DNA of 64,000 nucleotides from Candidatus Zixiibacteriota bacterium (lineage in GTDB: Bacteria; Zixibacteria; MSB-5A5; UBA10806; 4484-95). The DNA lies in contig JAOZPT010000002.1 of NCBI GenBank assembly GCA_029932605.1, positions 39,644-103,643 of the forward strand, in the 5' to 3' direction. A model generated the notes under the pieces. That model made no database searches. It worked only from the letters and a program-made list of their open reading frames with translations, and was not told where the DNA came from. Of the stretch, positions 62,644-64,000 are shown piece after piece (positions within the stretch are counted from its first letter, which is position 1; the number at the start of each line of letters is the position of its first letter). The position numbers and the translations under genes are program-made.

Positions 62644-63156
62644 CTATGTTTTACTGCCTGTCGGACTATCCTTTGATGCACGGCCGAATTCGATATATAA
62701 TTTATTGGCATCGACCAGATGCTCAAACATGTCCCGCATATCACCAATATATTTCTCAAGCGTTTTACTCTTTTCATCAATCGATTCGGGGTCATGACCC
62801 TTGGCTATTAGATGGGATATATTCCCGATGATAATCGTCCATTCGTGCAAGAATTCCCGGGCCAGGAATTCATAGACTTCTAAATCATCCAAAGATTGGA
62901 GTTTTTTTGCAATAGAGGAGTCGTCATTCAAAGTGAAAAGTATGTAATCAGAATAAACTCGAGCCGAAATTTGCTTTTCGCCGTTTTCATCAACTATGGC
63001 ATTAGCGGTAGTAACGGTGCCCAGCACAATTTTGCGTTGCTTATCAGTAAGCCGGTGCGCCTCGGAATAGTCTTTTACTGATATGTGGAAATCATCTTTA
63101 TTTTTCATTTCAATCACCTCATTTTGTTTAAAGTTTTTACAGTTATCCTCCATCAT
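62644..63156 (-). CDS. Hypothetical protein of the integrated element
   Basis: 170-aa ORF with GGGAGGT SD, co-oriented with xis/int; an alternative start at MKNK has a GAGGTG SD. Confidence 0.6.
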   Translation of the reverse strand: MMEDNCKNFKQNEVIEMKNKDDFHISVKDYSEAHRLTDKQRKIVLGTVTTANAIVDENGEKQISARVYSDYILFTLNDDSSIAKKLQSLDDLEVYEFLAREFLHEWTIIIGNISHLIAKGHDPESIDEKSKTLEKYIGDMRDMFEHLVDANKLYIEFGRASKDSPTGSKT

Positions 63157-63207
63157 TTTTAGACCTCCCGGCCACGGAGGGGTAAACGACCGGGAGGGTT
63201 TGATGGA

Positions 63208-63990
63208 TCAATCTCCACCACTATCTGCAATTCCAGAATCTTTGAGACATCCGTGCATTTTAAGGATTTTTTCACAAAGCATATAGATAGTGGATATTGT
63301 TTCTTCAACTGACATAGGTTTGTTATCCTTCTCCTTGAAAGTCACTATCGAATCTATGTCATAGAGACACCTGAAAAAAGTATCTCGTTCTTGCGGTGGC
63401 AGTTTGTTGAACTTATCGCGATCGAGTCTATGAGATAAATGCCAGGGCCTGTCGTATTTGAAATAGTGCAGTAAATCTTGACTATCTAGCCAATCATGGA
63501 CAATCCACTTTTGACCTGTACCTAAGGCGCAGTCATTATGACTTTCTGGAAGGACAATGACATATTTATCACCTTCAAACGCTCTACCAAGTGGATACAA
63601 CCTACAACCCATTGGTCTATCATCGTAAATCCGGCACTGATCGCCTTCCAGAAAGGGGCATTTATTGTCGTATTCATTCCCTTTGAATTTCAGAGCAATC
63701 TCCATTGATTGAGTCAGAGGGCGCGCTTCAAAATCGGTGTATTGAGATAAAAAATCAGTCGTTGTCATCTTTAAACGTCGAGATATTCGTATGATGTCGT
63801 AGGGCACCAGAATCATCTTATCGAAACGATGATAATCTGAGCGGTTTTTGCAGCAACGCGTGCATCGTGAGCATGTAAATTCAAAAGTATCGTTGGGGCC
63901 GAGAAGCTTACATCCAGAGCCACACGTGGCCTTTATTTCTCTAAGCTCCTTGTCATCAAAATTCATTTCTTTTGGTTCAGCAATTTTCAT
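63208..63990 (-). CDS. YkgJ-family cysteine-cluster (CxxCxxCC) protein
   Basis: FTCSRCTRCC, CPFL...CRIYDDRPMGCRLYP. Confidence 0.85.
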   Translation of the reverse strand: MKIAEPKEMNFDDKELREIKATCGSGCKLLGPNDTFEFTCSRCTRCCKNRSDYHRFDKMILVPYDIIRISRRLKMTTTDFLSQYTDFEARPLTQSMEIALKFKGNEYDNKCPFLEGDQCRIYDDRPMGCRLYPLGRAFEGDKYVIVLPESHNDCALGTGQKWIVHDWLDSQDLLHYFKYDRPWHLSHRLDRDKFNKLPPQERDTFFRCLYDIDSIVTFKEKDNKPMSVEETISTIYMLCEKILKMHGCLKDSGIADSGGD

Positions 63991-64000
63991 AGGACTCTCC

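Larger units (their letters stand above)
61012..64000. mobile_element. Edge of an integrative element or prophage apparently inserted at the tRNA-Sec 3' end (continues beyond the window)
   Basis: Tyrosine integrase converging on the tRNA, upstream Xis-like HTH gene, arm-type repeats and accessory genes. Confidence 0.75.

Overview
An AT-rich bacterial chromosomal window from a Gram-negative organism. The combination of T9SS PorU/PorV and CTD cargo, GldA/GldF-G, a MoxR-Bat operon, a lipid A cluster, bacillithiol genes and tRNA-Sec suggests an FCB-superphylum lineage such as Zixibacteria (inference only). Most of the window is housekeeping or envelope biogenesis: porV-like (partial), porU, fba, guaA, nadB, lpxA-(gnnA-like)-lpxB-DUF374-waaA-lpxK, a gld-type ABC transporter, wzi, GT39, grpE, parA, rmuC, dnaK, pcrA/uvrD, moxR-batABCDE, nth, corA and bshC-bshA-bshB1. 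It ends in tRNA-Sec followed by the edge of an integrase-bearing element. Items missed or mis-called by the ORF track and worth follow-up: (1) a stand-alone Cas6b-like gene with its own promoter, no CRISPR array and a degenerate His motif, next to grpE; (2) a UGA-recoded Rdx/SelW selenoprotein; (3) a 41-aa basic C3H zinc-finger micro-protein; (4) PorV with a ~500-aa insertion carrying propeller repeats; (5) a probable ATA start on the gnnA-like gene; (6) a promoter-driven structured ncRNA candidate at ~54.5 kb; (7) repeated Shine-Dalgarno-sequestering hairpins in the tRNA-Sec-integrated element. All family calls come from motif recognition, not from database searches.
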